NCBI GenBank assembly: GCA_951406725.2
Contig: OX597837.1
Location: 9,238,001 to 9,302,000 of the forward strand
DNA length: 64,000 nucleotides
Direction: 5' to 3'
From: Octopus vulgaris
Lineage: Eukaryota
Shown: one piece after another, positions 1-12,697 of the stretch
Position numbering within the stretch: the stretch's first letter is position 1
Layout: the number at the start of each line of letters is the position of its first letter
Made by a program: the position numbers and the translations under genes
Notes under the pieces: model-generated
Database searches by the model: none
The model's input: only the letters and a program-made list of their open reading frames with translations
Told to the model about the DNA's origin: nothing

Positions 1-2
1 TG

Positions 3-37
<35 letters not shown>

Positions 38-109
38 ATGTATCTATATGTATGTGTGTGTATGAGAGAGAAAGAGAGTGTGTGAATGCGTCTGCATGCG
101 TTTGTGTGT

Positions 110-274
110 GTGTATTATTGTGTGTCTGTGTTTGTCCCCGCCACCATCGCGTTTACCCATAAGTTAGCGGTTCGGCAAAAGAGACTGTTAGAATAAGTAC
201 TAAGCTTGCAAAGGATACGATTAAAGGCGATGCTACATCATGGCCGTAGGCAAATGATTGAAATACATAAAAAG
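110..274 (+). mobile_element. 3' half of SINE family A (degenerate)
   Basis: Matches the 3' part of the full copies at 6097 and 12445 (ttagcggttcggcaaaagagac...agaataagtac...catggcc...aaatgattgaaa). Confidence 0.75.
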
Positions 275-281
275 CGTAATA

Positions 282-468
282 CAATAATCATTCGACTATC
301 GCGATTGCTACGTTCCAAAACCCACCGTGATAGGTGAAAATCCACGAAGTAGAAACAGTACGTTAAGGTATTTTTATTTTTTTGTTTACTATTTTTAGTA
401 GGAAGAATCGATGTAAGCTTAAATAATAAACCGCGATGAGTGAGGCGCGATATGGCGAGGGATTACTG
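282..468. mobile_element. Tc1/mariner (Tigger/pogo-like) MITE
   Basis: Imperfect terminal inverted repeats CAATAATCATTCGACTATCGCG / CGCGATATGGCGAGGGATTACTG, with TA on both sides (280-281, 469-470). No ORF. Confidence 0.7.
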
Positions 469-538
469 TACGCTCATACACTTATATTGTGAATCTAACG
501 TATACCATTAGCGTTGCAATAACACATGCATACATATA

Positions 539-1825
539 AAGGCGGCGAGCTGGCAGAACCGTTAGCACGCCGGACGAAATGCATAGCAGTATTTCGTCTG
601 CCGCTACATTCTGAGTTCAAATTCCACCGAGGTCGACTTTACCTTTCATCATTTCGGGGTCGATTAAATAAGTACCAGTTACGTACTGGGGTCGATCTAA
701 TCGACTTAATCCATTTGTCTGTCCTTGTTTGTCCCCTCTGTGTTTATCCCCTTGTGGGTAGTAAAGAAATAGGTATTTCCTCCGTCTTTACGTTCTGTGT
801 TCAAATTCCGCCGAGGTCGACTTTGCCTTTCATCCTTTTGGGGTCGATTAAATAGGTACCAGTTGCACACTGGGGTCAATATAATCGACTTAATTCGTTT
901 GTCTGTCCTTGTTTGTCTCCTCTGTGTTTATCCCCTGGTGGGTAGTAAAGAAATAGGTATTTCCTCTGTCTTTACGTTCTGTGTTCAAATTCTGGCGAGG
1001 TCGACTTTGCCTTTCATCCTTTTGGGGTCGATTAAATAAGTACCAGTTGCACACTGGGGTCAATATAATCGACTTAATTCGTTTGTCTGTCCTTGTTTGT
1101 CTCCTCTGTGTTTATCCCCTGGTGGGCAGTAAAGAAATAGGTATTTCCTCCGTCTTTACGTTCTGTGTTCAAATTCCGCCGAGGTCGACTTTGCCTTTCA
1201 TCCTTTTGGGGTCGATTAAATAAGTACCAGTTGCACACTGGGGTCAATATAATCGACTTAATCCATTTGTCTGTCCTTGTTTGTCCCCTCTGTGTTTATC
1301 CCCTGGTGGGTAGTAAAGAAATAGGTATTTCCTCCGTCTTTACGTTCTGTGTTCAAATTCCGCCGAGGTCGACTTTGCCTTTCATCCTTTTGGGGTCGAT
1401 TAAATAGGTACCAGTTGCACACTGGGGTCAATATAATCGACTTAATTCGTTTGTCTGTCCTTGTTTGTCTCCTCTGTGTTTATCCCCTGGTGGGTAGTAA
1501 AGAAATAGGTATTTCCTCTGTCTTTACGTTCTGTGTTCAAATTCTGGCGAGGTCGACTTTGCCTTTCATCCTTTTGGGGTCGATTAAATAGGTACCAGTT
1601 GCGCACTGGGGTCAATATAATCGACTTAATTCGTTTGTCTGTCCTTGTTTGTCCCCTCTGTGTGTAGCCCCTTGTGGGCAGTAAAGAAATAAGAAATGTT
1701 AGCACGCCGAGTTCAACTTTGCCTTTTATCCTTTCGGAATCGATAAATTAAGTACCAGTTGCATTCTGGGGTCGTTCTAATCGACTGTCCTCCAAAATTT
1801 TGGGCCTTGTGCCTCGAGAAGAAAA
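539..1825 (+). repeat. Tandem array of tRNA-derived SINE family B (one full head, ~6 x 184-bp units, terminal short-tail unit)
   Basis: Head ggcggcgagctggcagaa has an A-box-like motif and B-box GAGTTCAAATTCC. The 184-bp period shows as repeated ORFs starting at 797, 981, 1165 and 1349. Confidence 0.92.
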
Positions 1826-3748
1826 CCATTACACATACATATTTCATGTGTTTTTCGTTCTTTTATTACACTTCGAAATAAACATATGCAGAGGTGTAAC
1901 AACACACAAATACTCATACCACTATACTGCAGACACACATACAAAGTTACTCACGCAAACACGCTTCCGGAGACACTTTATAAATACACTTACAAACGTA
2001 TTTTTACAAACACAAATTGAAGTAAATAATTTTTAAATATAAAATTTTTTAAATATAAAAAACAAGACTAAAAGATTTCATCGGTAAATGTAATTCGAAA
2101 TAAGGTTTTCATATTAACTGTTCATTTAGCACTTTTAAATTCTGGATAATTCAGAATGCCAAAGAAAAGAATAACCCTCCAGGGAGATTGTTTTTAAATG
2201 ATGCTGTTTTACTTGTTGTTGCTGGTGTTGTGGTTGCTGCTGGTGCCCCCCCACCACCACCACCCCGTTGTTGTTTTGTTGTTGTTCTTTGATACTTCTC
2301 CTTGTCATACCATCAATTCACATAAGTAGACCATCAACATGTTCATATAGAGAAATAAATAAATATTAACATTATTCATTTTTCTTTCATTTTTATTTTG
2401 CAAAAACTGATAAAATAACACGAATATTAAAATAAAAATATATATGTTTATACATACAAAAAAAAATAAAATTCCTAACACAGAATTGTAACAATATAAT
2501 AAAAAAAAATGAAACACTACATCCGAAAGAAAAAAATAAGTCGAATACTATTAAATGTATTTGAAAGAAAAATATCACGCGAATTCTGATCTGATTGACA
2601 TTTTCTTTCTTAAATCATCCAAAATATTTTTCTCCAAGGCATTGCTTCTTCATATAAAAGAAAATTAAACAGTTATTCACAAATGAATGATTTATAATCG
2701 AGATCTTTTATCATTACAAAACCGATTTTATTCTCATTTTATTTTATTTAAAAAAAATTTGTTTTAATTATCCTGTTTTATTTCATTTGTTGCTTTTCAT
2801 ATCTTTGTCATGTTTGTTTTTGTTTATACCACTACCAGTATTATCATCACCATCGTCATCATCATCATCTTCTTCATCATCATCTTCTTCGTCATCATTT
2901 GTTCGTTATGGTAGTATGTTGTTTTGGCCATGGAATTAACATTTTTCTGTAACAGTAATAATATTAATGTTAATATTATTTATTATTTCTCATATGTGTG
3001 TTTTTCAGTGTATAAAATGTCCCTTACAGGAAAGCCTCTATCCACCCCGACTCACATCACCAAGAAACAGATTTTAATTGATTTACATAACCATGATGTA
3101 TATCATTGGCAATTCATTGCCGTGTAACGTTAAATAATATACATATCATCTGTTGGCGTAACATTTACCACTCTTAACTCATGTGTTTTAATCTATCTTG
3201 AAAACTATGTGTCATACACACAAACATGGAAGCCATTGCAGAAAATAATATTTAGTAAGAAAAACACACAAAAAAAAAACGCTAATTTCATTTCATAAAA
3301 TAAACTAGAATATGTCTTCAGGCTGTCATTTTTCTCCAAGTTGCTCGTTAACATATTTAAGTCAGACAATAGCAAAACTACAAAATGGAAATAAATGAAG
3401 GGTTTGAAAGGAGAAAGATCGTGAATAAAAATTAACCAATGACAAATATTAATTTTTGTTAATTGGCTGAAGCCAGGAGACGACTAAAAAGAAGAGTGTT
3501 GTCTTATTAAGATCGTACATATTCTTTGCTACGACATTTAGGATTTAGTGTTCGTGCTGATGTGCACGTAGGAGTGTCACGAAATAGATAATTCAGATGC
3601 TGCAGAAATATGGAGTTGGTTAGGGGCGTCAGTATGCCTGGAAAGTAATCATTAAATTCCTATGGAGATAAGGCTGCGAAGTGGCAATATAATTACAGTG
3701 CCAGGTTGAATATGTGCGGCGGCGGATATATATGTATGTGCATATATG

Positions 3749-3838
<90 letters not shown>

Positions 3839-4020
3839 TAGATAAGAAAGTTTGTTTGTGAAAGCACGTGGGTGAATATATAAGAAAATAGTAAAGAGTG
3901 AAAAAACGACAGAAGGCTTAAATGTTAAAGAATATATATATTTGCGTCAATATGTCTGGAGAATAATGGAAATTTTTTTTTCCTTTCTTATTATGACATA
4001 ATTTTATAATGTTTAACCAT

Positions 4021-5648
4021 TAAAAAATCACCAAAGACATACACACACCCAACCCGGGGGACCTAAAACTACGACCCATTGTAGCTGGCCCATCCTGTGA
4101 AACACACAGACTAAGTCTACTTATGGACATCCTCCTGAAACCCTTCCTTAAATATATCGATAGCCATATCAGAGATGACTTAGATATGTTAAACCACCTT
4201 CCAAAAAAAACCAAGGAAAAAACAATCCTGGTTTCATTTGATGTAGTCAACTTGTATACCAGTATACCTCATAATTATGGACTGGAGACAATACAGTTCT
4301 GGTTAGACCAATTTCCGGAAGAAATACCAAAAAGGATCAGTAAAGAATTTATTACTAAATCAATTGAATTCATCCTACACAATAACCACTTCATGTTTGA
4401 CAATACATTTTACCGTCAAAAATCCGGAATTGCTATGGGTACAAGGGCAGCACCAGTCATTGCGAACTTAACAATGGGATACACGGAAATAATCATTTAC
4501 CAGGAATCTTTATCAATCTTTGGAAACCCCTCTCTCAATACATAAAAGAGAACTGGAAACGATTCTTGGACGATTGTTTTATTCTCTGGAATGAAAACAC
4601 AGATAAACTCTTAAAATTTAAAAACCTATTGAACAGCATAAACCCAAATATACAGTTCACAATGAAATACAACCAAAAGGAGCTCCCGTTCTTGGATATA
4701 CTAATTAAAAAAATTAACCTTAAAATAGAAACAGACATTTTCTGCAAAGCCACAGACGCCAAACAATACCTTCTCTTTAATTCATGCCACCCAAGACACA
4801 CTAAAACAAACATCCCCTTCAACCTTGCAAGAAGGATATGCACAATAGTGTCAGAACAAAATACCAGGAACTTCAGACTGCAAGAACTCAAAAACACCTT
4901 AATTGACAGACATTACCCAACTCAACTCATAGAGGATGGGATCAGACGTGCAACAGAAATCAACATAGAAACTTTAAGAAAAGTTCAACACAACAACACA
5001 CCTTCCCCGAAAATACAACCTTACATATCTACATACAACCCGAGAAACAAAGAAGCTTTCACCATCATCACCCAGAATTTACCAATACTTCATAAAAACC
5101 CCAAATTAAAGGAAATTCTAAACATACACCAAATCATTAAAAGCTACAAACAGCCTAAATCACTTAAAAAGATTCTCACAAAGGCAAAATTGTCTTCTGA
5201 AATTACGGATGCAAAAGTAAAAAAATGTGGTAGATCGAACTGTGCAACATGTCCTAACCTACTAGAAGGATCAGAATTCTTCTTTAAAGAGGGACAGAAA
5301 TTCAAGATCAAATCTAACTTTACTTGTGCCTCTGAAAACATAATTTATGTCATAAAATGCTCGGGCTGCCACCAAGACTACGTGGGGTCCACGGGACTTT
5401 CACTCAGACGTAGATGCACACTGCATCGACAACATATTGCATTCCCAGAATATAGAATGATACCTTTTAGTGAGCACATTGAGAAATGCGCAAAGCAACT
5501 ACAACCACAATTTTTAATCTTTCCATTTTACCAATGTGCTTTCGGAACATCAACACAAATTAGACTAAACAAGGAAACATTCTTCATTGAAAAGTACAAA
5601 CCCAGACTCAACTATCCAAACATAATAATACAGAGAAATTCACACTAA
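4021..5648 (+). pseudogene. PLE reverse transcriptase + GIY-YIG endonuclease, truncated, one frameshift at ~4531
   Basis: RT motifs LRPIVAG, SFDVVNLYTSIP, QKSGIAMG, WKRFLDDCF and LPFLD. Cys-rich linker KCGRSNCATC. GIY-YIG NIIYVIKC..DYVGST..RRCTLH. ORFs 4123-4545 and 4566-5648 join if one base is restored near 4531. Confidence 0.92.
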
Positions 5649-5783
5649 GAGAAAAAAGGAAAAAAAATTTTTAAGCGATTATCTCCCTTACACCGGAAGA
5701 AATCACGCACTACCTTCCCTTATTTAGAACTCTCCGTAGCAAAAAAACAAGGATAACGCTATTAAAGATATACATTACGTCGC

Positions 5784-5822
5784 AAGAAATTTGAAGAGCT
5801 AAATGCGAAACCGGTCTTTCTT
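5784..5822 (+). ncRNA. Minimal type-I hammerhead-like motif in PLE pseudo-LTR (U3 variant, imperfect)
   Basis: AAGAAA-T-TTGAAGA-G(ctaaatg)C-GAAA-CCGG-TC-TTTCTT: stem I, core, 1-bp stem II, palindromic stem III (ACCGGT), GTC site. Confidence 0.55.
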
Positions 5823-5953
5823 TAAAAATTATAAAATTATGTCATTATAAGAAAGGAAAAAAATTTTTCCAATATTCTCCAGACATATTGACGCAAATAT
5901 ATATATTCTTTAACATTTAAGCCTTCTGTCGTTTTTTCACTCTTTACTATTTT

Positions 5954-6029
<76 letters not shown>

Positions 6030-6096
6030 GGGTCCGGGTCTCAGTCATTACTGTTTGTAAACCCGTGGTTTCCTGTTGAATATATATATTATATGT

Positions 6097-6505
6097 AGGC
6101 GCAGGGGTGGCTGTGTGGTAAGTAGCTTGCTAACCGACCACATGGTTCCGGGTTCAGTCCCACTGGGTGGCATCTTGGGCAAGTGTCTTCTGCTATAGCC
6201 CGGGCCAACCAATGCCTTGTGAGTGGATTTGGTAGACGGAAACTGAAAGAAGCTTGTCGTATATATGTATATATATATATGTATGTGTGTGTGTTTGTGT
6301 GTCTGTGTTTGTTCCCCTAGCATTGCTTGACAACCGATGCTGGTGTGTTTACATCCCCGTCACTTAGTGGTTCGGCAAAAAGAGACCGATAGAATAAGTA
6401 CTGGGCTTACAAAAAGAATAAGTCCCGGGGTCGAGTTGCTCGACTAAAGGTGGTGCTCCAGCATGGCCGCAGTCAAATGAATGAAACAAGTAAAAAGTGT
6501 AAAAA
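6097..6505 (+). mobile_element. SINE family A, full length, with internal (TA)/(TG) microsatellite
   Basis: tRNA-like head (GTGGCTGTGTGGT..GGTTCAGTCCC) and 3' tail gaaacaagtaaaa. Many homologous copies in the window. Confidence 0.88.
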
Positions 6506-6523
6506 AAAAATAATATATATATA

Positions 6524-7154
6524 GGGGTAAAATGGGAAAAATCAACTAAAATGCATATTGTAGATATAAAAGGGCTATTTATGACAGGTAGTGACAAATA
6601 TATACATCTAGAGTATTACTAGTCAAATAGGTCTTTATTATTGATGATTATAGGAAGTTGATAATAATAATACTAATAATAAGGTAAGAGACTGAAACGA
6701 ACCTATTGGTTCAAACGATGAATAGCTAACGAGAAAAAACCAAGGCGGTAAGCTGGAAGAAACGTTAGCGCGCCGGGCGAAATGCGTAGCCGTATTTCGT
6801 CTGCCGTTACGTTCTGAGTTCAAATTCCGCCGAGGTCGACTTTGCCTTTCATCCTTTCGGGGTTGATTAAATAAGTACCAGTTACGCACTGGGGTAGATG
6901 TAATCGACTTAATCTGTTTGTCTGTCCTTGTTTGTCTCCTCTGTGTTTAGCCCCTTGAGGGTAGTAAAGAAATAGGTTCCTTTCAGTCTCTTACCTTATT
7001 ATTATTATTATTATTATTAACTTCTTATAATCATCAATAATAATGACCTGTTTGACTAGTAATACTCTAGATGTATATATTTGTCACTACCTGTCATAAA
7101 TAGCCTTCTTATATCTACAATATGCATTTTCGTTGATGTTTCACATTTTACCCT
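6524..7154. repeat. ~185-bp inverted repeat enclosing a SINE B monomer
   Basis: 6524-6707 is the reverse complement of 6971-7154, with scattered mismatches. Confidence 0.9.
6742..6977 (+). mobile_element. SINE family B monomer
   Basis: Full head through ...gtagtaaagaaataggt, homologous to 539-780. Confidence 0.88.
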
Positions 7155-8347
7155 TACATTTCCACGTGTATTTTATATTATTTTTTTTCAAAGCATATTT
7201 CTACTATATATATAAATATATATGCCATGTCTCAGCGGTCAAAGTATATGTATGCATGCTGATATATGACCTACGTTGCACTCCTCATTCGCATAAACAC
7301 CGAACCTGAAGCTTAACTATAGTCTGTCCATATCACTTACTCAGCATTACCTGACACATTTGGGTCTTCTTGACACCAGTACTTCTCCCTCTATATATAC
7401 ACACACACATGCATATATGTGTGTGTGTGTATGTGTGTGTGTATGAGAGAGAGAGAGAGAGAAACAGACAGACAGACAGACAGAGAGTGGGAGAGAGTTT
7501 GTGTGTGTTTATATGTATATGCATGTATATATATATATATTATTTTGTCAGTTCCTTGCTTCTATATGGATCGCCAGTGGGTACTTAACAGAATTTTCAG
7601 ACGTGTTATAACACACACTCACACATAGACACACAAACACACACATACGTACGCACACGCACACATACACACACACACATGTTAATATACGTCCGATAGG
7701 CTTCCGTACACTTTCTGTCCACCAACTCTCATCCGAAGCGTCAAGTCGACCCTATAGTAGATATATACTAAAGGTGCAACACTGGGGACCGAATCTAGAA
7801 TGACATTGTCACGAATCGAACGTTAAACAGGGAGACTGGCGCTTATGTTACAGATACGTTGTTGAGAATCAACGGCGAAGAGCAGCAGCGACTGTGCTTC
7901 TCCTATCGGAACTCGAACCTACGAATAAATATTTAATCTTTGTTGTCGTAAGAAAATAAGGAATGCAGAGTATCAAGAATTTTGAAAACTTCACCAAAGT
8001 TGTCGCTCGTTAGAAAAAAATATTATGATGCCTAGATTATATCTTAGATTTCCCTCCAAAGTTAAGAGTAATTTTTTTCCAGAGGTAAAGTGTAAAATAA
8101 AAGATTATACCTCTAAATATAGAAGAGGTGTGAAACGTGTAACAAGGACTTTAACTTCCAGAGATGTTATCTCCTAAAACCGCACATTCTTTGACACTTT
8201 CTAAAGCATCAGGTGTCTGAAAGAAACCACAATTTGAATAGAAATTCTATATTTCATGATTTTTCTTTCTCTTTAAACTTCCAATCATTTCACAGTGTTC
8301 TATATAACCGTGGTACTTGCATGAGTATTGTTGCTTTCAATAATACA

Positions 8348-8670
8348 AGTGGCATTTCGTCGGCTACAAAACTAAGTGATCCAAGGGATCTAGTCTACGA
8401 AACGACCTACTCGTATAATAAGCGTGCAAGTGGCTGAGTACTCCGTAGACCAGTGTACCTTAACGTAGTTCTCGGGGACATTCAGCGTGACACAGAATGC
8501 GACAAGGCTGCCCCTTTCAATTACAAGCACAACTCATTTTTGCCAGTGGAATAGACAGGAGCAACGTGAAATTAAGCGACTTGTGCAAGGACACAACGCA
8601 TCGTTCCAGGGAATCGAACTCACGCCCTCACAATCGAGAGCCTAATGCGCCAAATACTATACACGCGCCC
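8348..8670 (-). mobile_element. tRNA-derived SINE with CORE-like middle (degenerate)
   Basis: Minus strand has a GAGTTCGATTCCC B-box followed by gttgtgtccttg...ttcacgttgctcc, as in the 20295 and 29640 copies. Confidence 0.65.
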
Positions 8671-9109
8671 CTACTAACATGATATAAATACCTGAAAAGA
8701 AAAAAAAAGAAGTGTCGGACAACATAGCTGTGTGATACCATAATCGGTAGAGCTTTAGGGAAAATGGCAGAAATATCGTGAATGAAAAAAACAAAAATGG
8801 CTGAAAAATCGCGAAAGGAAAAGAAGAAAAAATAGCTTCGGAAAAACTGGAGTTGAGATGTCGGATTCTTCCGTGCGTCAAACAAAATTGGTTTTGCTAT
8901 TTAGTGACGGCTTTGTAAGTTCTGGTTTCTAGTTTCAAATCCCGTCGAAAGCATCATGTTTGCTTCATATTTCCGGGGGGGGGGGGGGGAATAAGATGAA
9001 GCAGTCTTCAGGTACAATGTCGACAGATTTTACCATTCTTTCTTCTTAAATTTCAGACTTTATTCTCATGTAGGAAATCCGTTTTATGAGAGTCTGCTAA
9101 AATTGGAAG

Positions 9110-9303
9110 AGCATCTCGTCCATGGTCACACAAGCAAACAAGCAAAGAAACAAACAAGACTGAAAACAATACCCCCGCCTTTGCTACGGTGGAGGTAATA
9201 TTTGACGATAAAAATAATAGGATGTTTGTAAAACAGGGAATGGCTAGGAGTAATTCTAGAATCAAAGGTAAGTGATGGCTGAGAAACACTGCTTTTCAAT
9301 GAT
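9110..9303. repeat. ~190-bp segment duplicated at 12250-12426, including a Helentron/HINE-like terminal hairpin
   Basis: atctcgtccatgg...gaaaacaatacc(c/t)cc(g/a)cctt..g(t/c)ggaggtaa...gatggctgagaaacactgc..ttcaatgat at both loci. Confidence 0.75.
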
Positions 9304-9846
9304 CACGTGTGCACCACGAATAGGGCGGGTCCTCCGCATCTGCAAAGGTGTTTCTGCTACTCACATAAACAGCTTCGACCAACACGCACCAACCCCTAAA
9401 AGGCGAAAACGATCATTATCAATCAAGGTTCCTTATACGTTGAGCGATAAGCTTCTCCATTTCTCATCCACTTCCTTTGCAAAGGAAATGAATTATCTCT
9501 TCAAATTTCAGCTCATCTTATCCAGTTTACTGTTCACGATTAATTATCGATTAATTCTAAAGGATTTCTTGGAATATTAGCAAATCAGTGGATCTTAGCT
9601 TCGACTTTATTACCAGATCTCAGTGTTGAAAATCTTTTATTGTTCGCTTGCCTCGGTAATTGGACTGCAGCCATGCTGGGTGACCAATTTCAAGTGGATT
9701 AGTCGAACAGCTCTCTTACAATACTTATCTCAAAGCCTGGTACTCACTCTATCGGTATCTTTTCCAGAAGCGCTGGATGACGGAGACGTGAACGCACCAA
9801 CTCCTGACTTCACGCGGTGGTGGATGATTGGCACACATCTACATGT

Positions 9847-9884
<38 letters not shown>

Positions 9885-9898
9885 GTATATATATATAC

Positions 9899-9959
<61 letters not shown>

Positions 9960-10126
9960 CTTATATGTAAATACGCACATATATATATTTATATCTTTCT
10001 CCTAGCCATTCGATGTTGAATATATATTCATATATATACATATGTACATATCTATAAATAGATAGATATGCCTATTTATATATATATATATATACATACA
10101 TATATGCATATATACATATATATATA

Positions 10127-10181
<55 letters not shown>

Positions 10182-10185
<4 letters not shown>

Positions 10186-11450
10186 GTGAAATAGAAAGAT
10201 GAATAATCTTGTAGCAGATTAATCAAAAGTTTAACCGATACCTTGGTAGCAAAAATCACAGCAGAAGACAGCACGGTTGGAAGTACAACCATATGGTGCT
10301 GCAACCGTGCGTTGGTGCGGATAATTGAATTTTAATATTATTGGTGAATTGAAGAAATGGAGCTGAACGAAGATTGAACAGAAATCGTTTTATTTCATTC
10401 TACACGTGTTTAGAAAGGCACAATCATTACGCAACTTTTCGAGACATGAATAAACGCCAGACCACGGAACTCAGCAAGCTAATATGGCGATTGAAGGATA
10501 CGAACTCAAGCTACAGGCTGGAATGGTCAATTTTGTCGGTGGCCCTCCCATTTGATAGGGGCAGAAGGAAGTGCAACCTTTGTGTCTCCGAACTCTTCCA
10601 TATATTGTTCGCCAGAGACCGGATGGTAAACGGACTTTTACAGTTGGCTTTTCGATGCCCCCATTGGCAGCGGTACACTTATCTGGCTTATAAATAACGC
10701 TTATAAATAATACCTGCACCCATAGCCCTTGGTAATAAATTCTGAAATAGCCTTTAAGATAATTACGATTAACCACTGCAAGGGTAATTACTCCTGTAAG
10801 ATAAACGGGGCTTTGTTTTTGACGACGGGGGTTTCTTTGACAAGGCATGATTAGACGAACACACGCACACATAAAACATAAAATATTTTTCTGCCACTCA
10901 ACGGTCTTTACTGCAGTAGCCATTGGGTAGAGCTGCTTAGCAACTGACAGCCGAGCGATCAAACGCACACACGTACACAAAAAATGTTTTCTACCCCTTG
11001 ACGGAGTTCTTGCCAACCTGCGCCAGCACACATATATAGAACAGTAAACACACACATGTCTCTAAGTAGATTTTTTCTCGCCCCTTATAATACATCCAAT
11101 ATTCCTTAAATAGTCCGAACTTTATTCTCGGTCACAAAGAACATCTACACACCCTCACCCACAGGAATGACCGCTGCCTGGCCCGTTAAAATCTTCAACC
11201 ACCGGTTCTCAACATACACTGATAAACAGTTTTGCCATGGGCTCATAGGAGCCTAGTTCGATTTGTTTTGCTCCACCTCTGTTCTGTTTTTGTTTTTTCC
11301 AACGGACTTCCTATTTCTTCCTGAAGAGAAAGACACAATATGGTCTCATTATTCAATCGGATTTTGGTAAATTGTGCCTTTCGAAACACGTGTAGAATGA
11401 AATAAAACGATTTCTGTTCAATCTTCGTTCAGCTCCATTTCTTCAATTCA

Positions 11451-11452
<2 letters not shown>
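10182..11452 (+). mobile_element. Second Penelope-like element: inverted pseudo-LTR, GIY-YIG C-terminal fragment, pseudo-LTR
   Basis: ORF HYATFRDMNKRQTTELSKLIWRLK..LEWSIL..RKCNLCVSE is typical of a PLE endonuclease C-terminus. 10343-10424 is the reverse complement of 11371-11452. (TA)n on both sides. Confidence 0.85.
11314..11402 (+). ncRNA. Type-I hammerhead ribozyme motif (canonical core)
   Basis: TTTCTTC-CTGAAGA-GAAAGACACAAT(loop)ATTGTGCCTTTC-GAAA-CACGTG-TA-GAATGAAA. Predicted cleavage after GTA at 11394. Confidence 0.8.
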
Positions 11453-11538
<86 letters not shown>

Positions 11539-12444
11539 GGCAAGCTTTATGAAAATAAACAAAAGACGAAGGCAGGTGGAGTACAAACAAATATAGTTTC
11601 TGTCTACAAATCCAATCATAATGTTTTGATCAAGGCGAGGCTATAGAAGAAGGCACTTGTCTCAGGTGGCACTTGTCCTAGGTGCCAAGACTGAACCCGC
11701 AACCATATGGTTGCAAAACAAACAACTTAGCACTTAGCCACACCTACGCCTATTTGCAAACCTTAACAACAGCCCTCGTGGTCAATAGTGTACTCAATGT
11801 AGTTGAACAAAAACTATATCAGTCGTACGAATGTATTGATTGCAACGAACTTCTCTTTCAATAAATAATAAAATGTTTAGTATAAATTCCTGACATGTTA
11901 CCTCCAAAAGTTAAAAACTGAATCTAGCGAAGACTCAATAAGAATGAGGTGATGGTCATGTGTGAAAGGTATTCCTTCATAATACTGCTGTAGTGTATTG
12001 CTGATTTGAGAGTCGGAGAGCTGGATACTTTCCAGCGTTTTCTCTGCAAACAACTACTTACAAGCCCTCCACTGATGATAAAAATGAACCCGACCGCTCA
12101 CAAACGTTAAGTAAAAAAAAAAAAATGGAAAAATAATCCAGAATCCTTGCTCGGATTTGCATCAGTCCCAAAACCTTATCAGTTCGTGCTAGTCATGATG
12201 TGAAACATGTCTGAATGTTTCCTCCGAATCCATCTAGCGGTTCTTGAGATATCTCGTCCATGGACAAACAAACAGACCCGACTGAAAACAATACCTCCAC
12301 CTTAGCAAAGGCGGAGGTAATAATATTTGATGATAAAATGATAGGATCTCTGTAAAAGAGGGAATGGCTAGGAGTAAGACTGGAATCAATGGTAAGAGAT
12401 GGCTGAGAAACACTGCATTTCAATGATTTATAATATATATACAT

Positions 12445-12628
12445 AGGCGTAGAAGTGGCTGTGTGGTAAGTAGTTTGCTTACCAGCCACATGGTCCCGGT
12501 TTCAGTCCCACTGCATGGCACTTTGGGCAAGTGTCTTCTACTATAGCCTCGGGCCGACCAAAGCCTTGTGAGTGGATTTGGCAGACGGAAATTGAAAGAA
12601 GCCCGTCGTATATATGTATATATATATA

Positions 12629-12697
<69 letters not shown>

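Larger units (their letters stand above)
3845..5958 (+). mobile_element. Penelope-like retroelement (probably Neptune-type), 5'-truncated, with inverted pseudo-LTR
   Basis: RT plus GIY-YIG ORF. 3878-4015 is the reverse complement of 5822-5958. (TA)n on both flanks. Confidence 0.9.

Noticed and set aside
526-1591. Five near-identical 80-109 aa ORFs that look like a tandem gene family or a CRISPR-like array
   Set aside because: They are translations of the 184-bp SINE B unit. There are no unique spacers and no cas genes, and the context is eukaryotic.
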